Source of the DNA: Octopus sinensis | Taxonomy: Eukaryota | Direction: 5' to 3' | Length of the DNA stretch: 64,000 bases | Assembly: GCF_006345805.1 (NCBI RefSeq) | Contig: NC_043007.1 | Coordinates: forward strand, 76,012,001-76,076,000 | Part shown: positions 52,300-64,000 of the stretch, in pieces | How positions within the stretch are numbered: position 1 is the stretch's first letter | Layout: the number at the start of each line of letters is the position of its first letter | Made by a program: the position numbers and the translations under genes | The notes under the pieces: generated by a model | Told to the model about the DNA's origin: nothing | The model's input: only the letters and a program-made list of their open reading frames with translations | Databases searched by the model: none

Positions 52300-54915
52300 T
52301 TTTTCCGGACACACCACCCACACACACCCACCCACCTACCTCCCACACGCCTGTTCACACACACACATACGTAGACCCATCTACGTACATACATTCACAC
52401 ATTTAATCACACACACTTACAGACATACTTGCACACACTAACATACAAACCAACATGCACATACACACACACATACATACATACACACACACATACATAC
52501 TTACACACACACACACACAGACATACATACACACATACACACACACATACATACGCACATACATACACACACACTCACACACACACACCGCACGTACATA
52601 CTTCACACACACACACATGCACACATACATGTAGGCACATACATACATACATACCCACACATGCACACCCTTACACTGAATGCACACACACATACACCTT
52701 TTTGCATCCAGGCAGCCCCCCCCTCTTTTCTGCTTTCCGGTTTTGGCTGATGGATCCTCGGTTCCCGCCTAGCGGGGCGTTCGAGGGCCTTTGCGCTCGC
52801 GCGCCTTGGCGCGCCCTTGGGCTTGCGTTGTACTGCTTGTGCGTTGTGTGCGTGAGCGCGCTTCGTGTGTGTGGGCTTGCTTCGGATGTGCGCATGCGTA
52901 TGTATGCATACATACCCACACACTCGCATGCATCCCTACCCACATACATACACGCACACCTACTCACACACACACATACACACACACACACATACCTGCA
53001 CACACAAACACATACATACATACACACACATACCTACTTCAGACATACACACACACAGACATACACCCATACACTCACACTCACACGCATACACACACAC
53101 ACATACACACGCACACGTACACATACACACACACACACACACCTACATACATACATTACACTTGTATACACACACCTTACATTCATACACACACACACTA
53201 CACAGCCATACCCTCACTCAGACACACACATCTACCTACACACACACACAAACACACACAGACACACACCCATACATACATACATCTACACACACACGCC
53301 TACACACATACATACACACAACTAAAACACACACACATACACATACACACACATACGCACACACACATATACTTATACACATGCACACACACACATACAT
53401 ACATACACCCATATACATACACACACACACATACCTACATACTCCTATACGCACATACATACACACAGACATACACACATACACACTCACACAAACATAC
53501 AACACACATACTTACACACACACTCACCTGCACGCGCACACACATGCATGACAAACACCCATACACTCACACTCACATACGCACACACCAACATAAACAC
53601 GCACACGCACACAAACACCTACACTCCCACACACATACACACGCACCTACATACACACATGCACGCATACACACGCATACACACATACATTACACACGTA
53701 CACACACACCTACATGCACATGCATACACACACACACACAAACATGCACGGACACACCCAGACATACACACATACACCTATATACACACGCCCACACACC
53801 TACATACACACACCCACACACCTACATACACACACATACATACACACACATACACGGACACACCCATACATACTTACATACATACACCTATACACACACG
53901 CCTACACACCTACATACACACACATGCATACACACACACACATGTACGCACATACACACACATATACGCACATACATATATACCCACACACATGCACACA
54001 CACATACGCACATGCATGCATGCATGCACACGCGCACACCTACACGCATACACACACACACACGCACGTACACATACATACATACACACACGCATACATA
54101 CACCCATACACATACATGCATCCTACACACACATACATACACACTCCACATACATACCACAACACCCACTCAACACACCTGTATGTACGCGCACACACAT
54201 GCACAACACACACTTCCCCACACCCACACGTACATACATCTATGCACACACATATATACACACATACTCACATACATTCATCGGACACACTGCCCCCAGA
54301 CATACACACAGACACACTCACACATCCACACACATACATACTTACGCGCATACTCGCAGGCGCGCGCACACACGCGCTTGCGCCGGTTCGCGCACGCATA
54401 CGCGCCGCATGCACCTCGCTCTTGGACCCGACGAGACCTCCCGCCCGTTCCTGGGACCGTCGCTTGTCGTTGGGTTTTCCCACGCCCGTCTCCGCGGGAC
54501 CACTCTTCCATCTTCCCCTCAGCTGGAGTCCTTTTTCCTTAACCCCCCCTTTTTTCGTTACACACGCGCGCACACATATACACACATTGCTTAAATATAT
54601 ACATTACTCTTACACACATTCAATCTACTCGCCATTAATACTACCACGACACTGGACACACACACACACTACTACTCAACACACGCTGACACGCTACATA
54701 CGCCCCCACCCCTTCCCCTCCCTCCCTTCCTCCTTCCTTCTTTTTCTTACTACTGACCAGTGCCTGCTATGCCTACCACTGCCTCGCCCTACCTCACACG
54801 CCTACACACAGACGCACACACTAACACATACATATATTTTTTGTTTTTTTATCTCGCCTCACACACACACATACGCACACGCACACACTCACACATACAC
54901 ACACATGTTGCGTTA
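52300..54915 (+). repeat. ~2.6-kb imperfect CA-rich low-complexity tract between the Penelope ORF and its pseudo-LTR
   Basis: Seen directly; G-poor on the plus strand except two GC-rich patches. Confidence 0.9.
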
Positions 54916-55075
54916 CCAACCTTGTCTCCACTCTTTTGCCTTTAAAAACCTACTTTGCTCTTGTTATCGTAAACATCCGCCTTTCACCATGTGCAACTCG
55001 TAAACACCAGTCGTTTTTTTTCTCTATCCCTGTTGCCCGCTCTGGGATCTTTCTTTCCTCTCTCTTCCTTCTTTA

Positions 55076-55112
55076 TGTTTCCAACGAAGAGCTCCGCTCG
55101 AAACGTCATACC
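55076..55112 (+). ncRNA. Minimal hammerhead-ribozyme-like motif (degenerate) in the 3' pseudo-LTR
   Basis: TGTTT-CCAACGA-A-GAGC(tcc)GCTC-GAAAC-GTC-ATACC: stem II, GAAA, palindromic ACGT and GUC triplet present; core and stem I decayed. Confidence 0.55.
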
Positions 55113-55211
55113 TCCCTGCTTCCATTTCCTGAGCGCCTATTAATAATAATACTGTATTTGTTCCATTGTTGTTGTCTTTTTGTTTCCCGTTTGGATTAAA
55201 ATTATATATAT

Positions 55212-55256
<45 letters not shown>

Positions 55257-55445
55257 ATATATATATGTATATAGTAATTTAATTAGACATATTGTTAATA
55301 TCTTGATAAAAGATATCACATATCTTAAACTGCTACAGTTAAACTTTACAAATTTGACACTTATTATATTTAATTTTAACACTATACTGTTATTCCAAGA
55401 ATTTATATATTTTTCAAGTTAATTAATTGTTACTTCTACAGTATA

Positions 55446-56737
55446 CGAGGGACATTCAATAAGTAATGCCTCCTCTGACCCACTTGCAGTTGTTAGATCT
55501 AGCTGAAATTTTGCATGTGCAATCATTCATATCTCTATAGAGTAAGTGGCAAATTACAGCTCTGAATTAATTGTGGTTTCTGATTTACAGGTGTTTGAAC
55601 CGAGTCAAGTGTGAAATGGAGCCTGTTGAGTGTCGAGCAGTGATCCGGTTTTTGTATTTGAAAGGACGCACACCACGGGAGACTTTTGATGAAATGAAAG
55701 TAACTTATGGTCATGATGCCCCATCATATGACCTTGTAAAACGCTGGCATCGTGAATTCAAACATGGTCGGAACTCTGTGGAAACAGCTCCCAGATCTGG
55801 TCGCCCCTTCTGCCATTGATGAGGCATCTGTCCGTCAAGTTGAGGCTGCCATTTTGGAAGTTCGATGCATAATTATTCGCCAAATAGCCCATGAGGTCAA
55901 TATTAGTACCGGGTCTGTAGAAACTATCATTCATGACCATTTTCATATGCAAAAGGTGTCTGCCAGATGGATTCCCAGGTTGCTCACGCCTTTCCAGAAG
56001 CAAGAACGCGTCGAGTGCTCGAGGGTGAATTTGGAGATGTGCCAAGAAGATGAGTCAAAATTTTTCAAAAGACTGATTACACAGGTTGAAACCTGGGTCC
56101 ATCACGATGATCCAGAGACCAAAGCCCAGTCAATGCAGTGGAAGCACCGTGATTCACCTCCTCCAAAGAAGGCAAGGGTGCAGCCCTCCGCTGGCAAGGT
56201 CATGCTCACAGTCTTCTGGGACCAGGACGGAGTAGTGATGACAGATTTCCTGGCAAAAGGTACCACAATTGCAGGAGCCTATTATGCTTCACTTTTGAGG
56301 AAATTAAGAGAAGTTATCAAAATCAAGAGGCGGGGCAAGATCAGCAAAGCATCCTCCTCCTGCAGGACAAGGCTCCGGTCCACAACCTGCTTGTCGCCAG
56401 ATCAAAAGCACAGGCGTATGGCTATGAACTCCTCCCCCACCCCCCTACTTTCCTGACCTTGCACCCTCTGATTTTCACCTCTTCCCAGTCATGAAGTTGT
56501 TTTTGAAAGGAAAGCGTTTCCCAGATGATGCAGCCTTGATTTCTGAAGTCACGTTGAGGTTGGAGGACCAAGCTGGGGTCTTCAACAAAAACGGTCTCCA
56601 GAGCTGCATCAAACAATGGGAGAAATGCGTAACTCTGGGTGGTTCCTATGTAGAAAAAGACTAATAACTGTGCCAAGTTTCGTTGCTCTACTGCTATGGG
56701 AAGTGGGTCAGGGGCATTACTTATTGAACGCCCCTCG
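55446..56737 (+). mobile_element. Mariner (irritans-like), full length, defective; independent insertion of the 42942-44210 family
   Basis: TA-flanked TIRs; MEPVECRAVIRFLYLKG, RSGRP, WIPRLLT, PHPP-YFPDLAPSDFHLF across frameshifts. Confidence 0.95.
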
Positions 56738-56849
56738 TATAATATACTAAAAGGTTTTTACATATAAATAAATGGACTAACCTATAGTCATCTTAATAAT
56801 TTTATACATATACCTTCTTAAATATTTCTATTTATTCTTATGTATTTAC

Positions 56850-58528
56850 ACTTTGTGTAAAGAATGGTTAGTGAGAACTGTGCAAGTCATGTACAGGGAC
56901 TCTGCCAGTAAGGTGAGGGTTGGCAACAAGTACAGTGAAGAATTCCGGGTGGAGGTAGGGGTCCACCAAGGTTCAGTCCTTAGCCCCCTCCAAAGTCCTC
57001 CTGGCAATAACAGAGGAATTCAAGACAGGATGCCACTGAGAGCTCCTCTCCACTGACGACCTTGCTCTAATTGCTGAGTCTCTATCAGAACTAGATGAGA
57101 AGTTTCAGGTGTGGAAACAAGATTAGAATCGAAGGGCCTTAGAGTCAATCTAGCTAAAAACCAAAGTCCTAATAAGTAGGAAGGCAGGCAAACCACAAAC
57201 GCCATCAGTAGATGGCCCTGCTCGATCTGTAGAAAAGGCGTAGGTAGAAACTCTATAAGATGTACCCAGTGTAAGCTATGGACACATAAGAAGTGCAGCA
57301 ATATCAAAGGAAGGCTAACTGGGAAGATATTTTTTGTATGTGGCACTGAAAATGTGCAGAGAACAACTTCCATCACATTCCAGGGAGAAAAAACTAGAAG
57401 TAGTTGATAGCTTCCATTACCTAGGTGACCAAGTCAGTAGCGGGGGAGGGTGCGCTGAAAGTGTAGCTGCTAGAATAAGAATAGCCTGGGCAAAGTTCAG
57501 AGAGCTTTTACCTCTGCTGGTGACAAAAGGGCCACTCGCTCAGAGTAAAAGGCAGACTGTGTGATGCATGTGTACGAACAGCCATGTTACATGGCAGTGA
57601 AACATGGGCCGTGACTGCTGAGGACATGTGTAAGCTCGCGAGGAATGAAGCCAATATGCTCCGATGGATGTGTAATGTCAGTGTGCATACTCGACAGAGT
57701 GTTAGTACCTTGAGAGAAATGTTGGACCTAAGAAGCGTCAGCTGTGGTGTGCAAGAGAGACGACTGCACTGGTATGGTCATGTGGCGAGAATGGATGAGG
57801 ATAGCTGTGTGAAAAAGTTCCACACCCTAGTGGCTGAGGGAACCCGTGGAAGAGGTAGACCCAGGAAAACCTGGGACGAGGTGGTGAAGCACGACCTTCG
57901 AACATTAGGCCTCACCAAGGCAATGACTAGTGACCAGGACTTTTGGAAATATGCTGTGCTTAAGAAGACCCGGCAAACCAAATGAGACCATAACCTTGTG
58001 GCCTATGCCAGGGTCATAACCAGCCCACTTATGCGTAACTTTTCCTTCTTTGGACACTAAACTCGACTTGCGAAGACTTGTTGAGGCAAGTGAAATCGAA
58101 ATCAAATTCGATGACTGGCATCCATGCTAGTGGAGCACTAAGAGCACCATCCGAGCATGATTGTTGCCAAAGTGGCTAACTGGCGTCCCTGCCAGTGGCA
58201 CGTAAAAAGCATCATTCGAGCATGATCGTTACCAGTGTCACCTTACTAGCACTTGTCCCGGTGTGCAGGTGGCACATAAAAAAATACCATTTGGGCGTGG
58301 CCATTGCCAGTACCGCCTGACTGGCCCTTGTGCCAGTGGAACGTATAAGCACCCACCACACTCTCGGAGTGGTTGGTGTTAGGAAAGGCATCCAGCTGTA
58401 GAAACTCTGTCAGATCAAGATTGGAGACTGGTGCAGCCATCTGGTTCACCAGTCCTCAGTCAAATCGTCCAACCCATGCTAGCATGGAAAGCGGACGTTA
58501 AACGATGATGATGATGATGATGATGATC
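56850..58528 (+). mobile_element. 5'-truncated RTE-clade LINE with complete 3' UTR and (GAT)n tail
   Basis: VGVHQGSVLSPL, RIAWAKFRELLPLL, MLHGSETW, GRGRPRKTWDEVV; tail gcggacgttaaacgatgatgat. Confidence 0.92.
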
Positions 58529-58879
58529 TTTATTATTGGTGACAAATTTAATCTGATAGTTGTGTTTACATTTTTGAATTTATGATCATAACTGTACTTT
58601 TGTTTCTTTTGAATACCTATTTATATAGCTTTGGTAACTTAGATAGGTTTCGGCCAGTATAGGCCCAGACCATGTCTAACATGATAGCACCACCTCTGTG
58701 TATTGATGTTAAAACACATATGTATATGAGTATAAATATGTGTATATCTTTATATTGTGAGATATATTATAAATATGTATATGTACATGTATTTGTCTAG
58801 ATATCTGTATATGTTTGTATTGGTTATGTGTGTGTATGTGTATGCGTATAAACACACATACACATACGCAACAATGTGT

Positions 58880-59605
58880 GTGTGTGTGTCTCAAAGTCAG
58901 TCGGTCCCAGACTTTTTTAGGTCTAACCACTGACCACAGAGCACACAGCCAGTTCCAGCGAAAACATAACAGCAGCCACGTGGAGACGCAGCAACACTTC
59001 GTCCAGCAGCTTTCAGGATCTCCTTCTTCATCACTCTCATCTTTTTAACGTCGTCAACAACATCTCTCCACGTATACAGCAACCAGCAACCCTCGCACAG
59101 GTTCTATCTCAACACTGTTCGGGAATTACTCCACCATGGTTAACCGCAAATACAACCTGCGAGAACTCTTGTACTAAGTAGCCCGGCAGTAGCATTATAG
59201 CCACCACTTTGTACAATACGTACCACACAGGCTCCGCTTCTTCACCTCAGCTTCTTGATACAGCACTTCAACTATCGTGTACCTTGACTACGAACTGGTA
59301 TTTATCTTCCTTGTGTCTGAACATTCTTATAACGTCATATTATAGACTTTTTCAATGCTCTGTACTTAATGCACACACATACACTTTGTATACATGACGG
59401 CCTGTCTATTACAATGTACATATGACGCATACACACACATGTTAACATATAAACAAAATCTTCTCTTAAACACTCTATTCGGTTGTGTCTCTCTTTTCCT
59501 TCTGGCACTTATACGCCTTTATCCTTTTCACATTTATTGTAATCAATCGTGTGGTGTACTAAAGGTGCCTTTCTCGTCACCTCTCCTTCACACGGTCATT
59601 TACAC
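58880..59605. other. Unclassified, compositionally distinct ~0.7-kb segment between TG tracts
   Basis: Higher complexity and more CpG than the flanks; no recognised motif. Confidence 0.3.
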
Positions 59606-60137
59606 ATATTTATATATGATTTTATATATATGTGCATATATGTGTGTGTATGTACTGATGCACGTTTATAAGTTTATATATACATATGTATATGTGTGAT
59701 CACCAGCTGTGTGTATGAGTATGTGTGTGTGGGTGTGTTTGTGCATGTGTGAGTGATTTTTGCAATGTTTTCTTTTGTGTGTGTGTGTATGTGTTTGTGT
59801 GTATGTGTGTATGTGTGTATGTGTGTGTTTGTGTGTGTGTGGGAATGTTTGTGTGTTATGCACATACTTGCACAAATACACCTACACATACACTCACTCA
59901 CATACACTCACACAAGTGGACATAAAACCCATTCAATAAATGCTTTTAAGCCACTCCCTTGGCAGGAACCCACAAAAATTCTTTTAAACAATAGACAACT
60001 ACACCCACTCTTTTACTCCCAAACACTTTCAACTCTGTACCAAACTATATTAAAAAAATGCTTCAACAAAAAATCTTTTGGCATCCACACAGAAAACAGA
60101 CCGTTTTTGCTTCAAATTTTTATAAATTTTTACTGAT

Positions 60138-60530
60138 AGGCGCAGGAGTGGCTGTGTGGTAAGTAGCTTGCTTACCAACCACATGGTTCCGGGTTCAGTC
60201 CCACTGCGTGGCACCTTGGGCAAGTGTTTTCTACTATAGCTTCGAGCCGACCAAAGCCTTGTGAGTGGATTTGGTAGACGGAAACTGAAAGAAGCCTGTC
60301 GTGTATATGTATATATATATGTGTGTGTTTGTGTGTCTGTGTTTGTCCCCCCAACATAGCTTGACAACCGATGGCGGTGTGTTTACGTCCCCGTAACTAG
60401 CGGTTCGGCAAAAGAGACCGATAGCATAAGTACTAGGCTTACAAAGAATAAGTCATGGGGTCGATTTGTTCGACTAAAGGCGGTGCTCCAGCATGGCTGC
60501 AGTCAAATGACTGAAACAAGTAAAAGAGAA
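60138..60530 (+). mobile_element. SINE family A, full length
   Basis: ggcgcaggagtggctgtgtggtaagtagcttgc...ggttcagtccc...gactgaaacaagtaaaagag. Confidence 0.9.
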
Positions 60531-61224
60531 TATTTGATAAGATGAGGTTCATCATCAAAACTGTTAATATTTTCGGTACACACGTAAACGAACTCATCCC
60601 CGCTTTAATTTTTTTTTTTTTACAGCTAAAAAATTTTTCCAAAATCGCAACTTCAAAATTTCAGTTTCCCCCATTTCTTCATTTTTCGCTTTTTCCGGGA
60701 ATTTGTTTTTGAGAAATACATACAAAAATACGGAGATTATGATTCTGAAAAAAAATTGTTAGTAAAATTTCAATTTTTCAAAAAAAAAAAATAAATAAAT
60801 AAAATTACCCCAACCACCTCCTCTCACGATTCTACGGCCTTGGCCTTCAAGCAGGCTATTCACATGCTAAAAATAACAGCCAAATCTCACAAAACTGCAA
60901 TGACATGAAAGAAATATGTAATCAATCTACTCACGTTTCTACAAATATTTTTTCAGAGTAATTTCCCGCAGTAATATGACAAAATGAAATTGAAATTGTT
61001 TTTTTTTTTTTTAAATGTTACAAAAATATAAGCGCAGAAAAACTGCGAACTCTTTTGAAAAAAATTAGTAAAATTAGTAAAGAAATACTGTGACAAAGTG
61101 AAATTAAAATGTTCTTTCATATTGTGTGTGTAAACACACGTTTTACTTGACACAATGATGCCGTTTGTTTTCAAAAAATCCATTATTTTCTCTGGAGCAA
61201 GCTGCTTCAATATTTCCTCAAATG

Positions 61225-61372
61225 AACACTAATTTTACTTTGCCTTTCATCCTTTCGGGGTCGATAAATAAAGTACAAGTTTCACACTGGGGTCAATGTA
61301 ATCGACTTAATCCCTTTGTCTGTCCTTGTTTGACCACTCTATGTTTAGCCCCTTGTGGGTAGTAAAAAAATA
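61225..61372 (+). mobile_element. SINE family D, 3' half
   Basis: tttgcctttcatcctttcggggtcgataaa...agccccttgtgggtagtaaaaaaata. Confidence 0.8.
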
Positions 61373-61795
61373 TATATCTTTTAATTTATCATTAGTTTTA
61401 CAACTAATTATTTACCTTGGATATCCAGGCCTTTTCCCTTCTACATAAGCCATTTTTGATTTAAGGTTTTCTTTGATTTTTATAATAATATGATTTTAAA
61501 TTGCAATTGTTATTTCATGCAACCGGTTATTTGTAAAGACCATTAGCTGAAAGGACCAATGAAACAAAACCATTTTCAAATGTGTATCTATCAAAGTAAT
61601 TGTATTTCTGCATATAACTGTATCTTCTAAACTAAACTGTCCGACGAACAGGAGCGGGAACGTGAAATTCTGAGTAACAGTTTTTGTGATATTCTTGCTG
61701 CTTTTCAGTAAAGTGTGTGTGTGTATGAACTAAAGGGTAATAATCTTACCAGGTGGTCAGTGCGGAAATAAAGACCACGTAGGTAAATTTTACCA

Positions 61796-62008
61796 AATAT
61801 TTTATAATTATATACATAATTATAAAAAGAAATTGGCTTTATGCCTCACCATGCATTGCAAGAGATAGACACTAAAGCCCCTATTACCACTTTAAAGTCT
61901 TGGAGATTTTAAGGTGGTAATAGGGGCTTTAGCGTTTATCTCTTGCAGTGTGTGATGCGGCATAAAGCCGATCTCTTGTTATAATTATGTATATAATTAT
62001 AAAATATT
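61796..62008. mobile_element. Foldback element/MITE: ~100-bp imperfect arms, ~10-nt loop
   Basis: aatattttataattatatacataattataa...gcccctattaccac versus gtggtaataggggc...ttataattatgtatataattataaaatatt. Confidence 0.8.
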
Positions 62009-62356
62009 ATATACGTACATACACACACACACCTCACATACACACACACACATATATATATAATCAAAATAAGCGACAGGATATCAAGTGGTGATGCAGT
62101 AAGACCATTTCAAGCGGCTCCATTTAATTGAACATCAATTTAAATGCAGTACCATCTTCAGCTGCACAAATAAATAGAATTTTAACCAGTAGGACACATT
62201 AATATAATTTTTCTCAAGAAGCCCATCATATATATATGTATATACATACATATATACATACATACATACATATATATATACATACATATATACACACATA
62301 CACACACACATGTGCGCACACACACACACATGCACACACACACACACACACACACG

Positions 62357-62433
<77 letters not shown>

Positions 62434-62751
62434 TTACACATTTCAATGTGAATGTTTTGTTTTTTAATTGTGCCTACTTTAGAATCCTGCAAATAATAAT
62501 AATGGTATTTTTTAATATAGTCTTGAGGCTTATGACGATCACTGTGCAATGACTGAGGAGGGTAGTTTAGTGAAAGGGCGTGTGGGCCCTTGACAGAAGA
62601 AGGAGGGCTTTCCTATCTCATATGGGTAGGAAGGCCTTCTTTTCCTCTCGAGGGCTAGTGTGCCCTTTTACTGAACTGTTTTCCTTGGTCATTGCATGGT
62701 GATTGTCATGAGCTTTAGGCTTATATAAAAAATATCATATATATATATATA

Positions 62752-63138
62752 TCATCATCATCATCATTTAGTGTCCACTTTCCATGCTAGCATGGGTTGG
62801 ACGGTTCAACTGGGGTCTGGGAAGCCAGAAGGCTGCACCAGGCCCAGTCTGATCTGGCAATGTTTCTACGGCTGGATGCCCTTCCTAACGCCAACCACTC
62901 CGTGAGTGTAGTGGGTGCTTTTTACGTGCCACCGGCACAGGTGCCAGACGAGTCTGGCAAACGGCCACGATCGGATGGAGATTTTTACGTGCCACCGGCA
63001 CGGGGGCCAGGAGAGGCTGGCAACAGTCACGAACGGATGGTGCTTTTTACGTGCCACCGACACGAGGCCAGTCGGGGCGGCGCTGGCAACGCCACGTTCG
63101 GATGGTTCTCTTACGTGCCACCGGCACTGGTATCACAG

Positions 63139-63189
<51 letters not shown>

Positions 63190-63352
63190 ATATAAAGCAT
63201 GTAAAAAGTACCCACTACACTCTCATTGTGGTTGGCGTTAGGAAGGGCATCCAGCTGTAGAAACAGTGCCAGATCAGACTGGAACTGGTGCAGCTGTAGC
63301 ACTCCAGATCTAAGTCAAACCGTCCGAAAATGGATGGGAAATGATGATGATA
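62752..63352. mobile_element. Two RTE 3'-UTR fragments head-to-head around a (TA)n tract
   Basis: 62752-63140 is minus ((CAT)n tail, tandem ttacgtgccaccggcac units); ~63195-63352 is plus, ending gatgatgat. Confidence 0.8.
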
Positions 63353-63357
63353 TGTAC

Positions 63358-63431
<74 letters not shown>

Positions 63432-63687
63432 TATATATACGTTTAAATATTTGTTGTGCAAGATTTTTTATGTGAAGTCGTGGCTGACGGTTAGTAAGGA
63501 GAGACACAAATAAGTAAGAAGAAAACAAAGGACCACTGATGCGGTCACAGGAGTGTGACGAAAGAACTATGGCCGAAATAAGATTAAGATTAATGTAAAA
63601 AATAAATAACACTGAAGCAAAGTAACACCAATATATAGTGCGTGTGTTTTTATTGGCTAAACAGGCAAAATGACCATTCCGAAATAT

Positions 63688-63746
<59 letters not shown>

Positions 63747-64000
63747 CATATATACAGATTTGCCAAAACTCACCCAACAATAAATCAAAATTCTATAAAT
63801 ACTCCCTGTAATTCTGTATTGACTCAAATGGTAAAAATGTGTCGCTCAAGAAGGGCTCCCGCTTGAACAATTTTCATGAAGTTTCATATTTAGATGCTTT
63901 TATTAAATTCATTCAGTTGTTGAACATAAATAAATCTTGGAATTAAATGGTTTTGATTTACTGTCAGGTGACTTTTGGCCAACTCTCTCTCTCTCTCTCT

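Noticed and set aside
52166-55003. Long His/Thr-rich ORFs (up to 583 aa)
   Set aside because: They are translations of the CA tract, which lacks stops in several frames; no coding signal.
62900-63140. CRISPR-like repeat-spacer pattern (also 3290-3420 and 58130-58350)
   Set aside because: The 'spacers' resemble each other; these are tandem units of the RTE 3' UTR in a eukaryote, with no cas genes.
71-63780. Dozens of short Y/I, C/V, H/T and L/S-rich ORFs
   Set aside because: Products of (TA)n, (TG)n, (CA)n and (CT)n microsatellites.

Overview
Eukaryotic, AT-rich, microsatellite-dense DNA made almost entirely of transposable elements and their rearrangements. The tRNA-derived SINE families look like those of octopus (recognition from memory, not a search). 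No host gene can be called with confidence; most short ORFs are translated (TA)n/(CA)n/(CT)n repeats. Retroelements: a near-full-length Tx1-clade LINE (twice), CR1-group LINEs, RTE fragments, two related GIY-YIG Penelope-like elements with CA-rich tails and hammerhead-ribozyme-like pseudo-LTRs, an older Penelope relic, and several SINE families. DNA elements: three irritans-like mariners, another deleted mariner, a Tc1, MITEs/foldbacks and tandem Helitron-like copies. About 9-45 kb is a complex duplication: an 'empty' version of the locus (8.9-13.3 kb), a 'filled' version with two large insertions (15.2-30.5 kb), a second tandem 9.1-kb unit (30.5-39.6 kb) and an inverted copy joined through a SINE. 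Many differences between copies are 1-bp indels, so part of this may be unpolished or uncollapsed assembly. I found no clearly new biological system. The best leads are the Tx1 insertion with a ~295-bp flanking duplication, 5' cargo and a possible partner SINE; the CA-tailed ribozyme-bearing Penelope family; and the templated rearrangement junctions.
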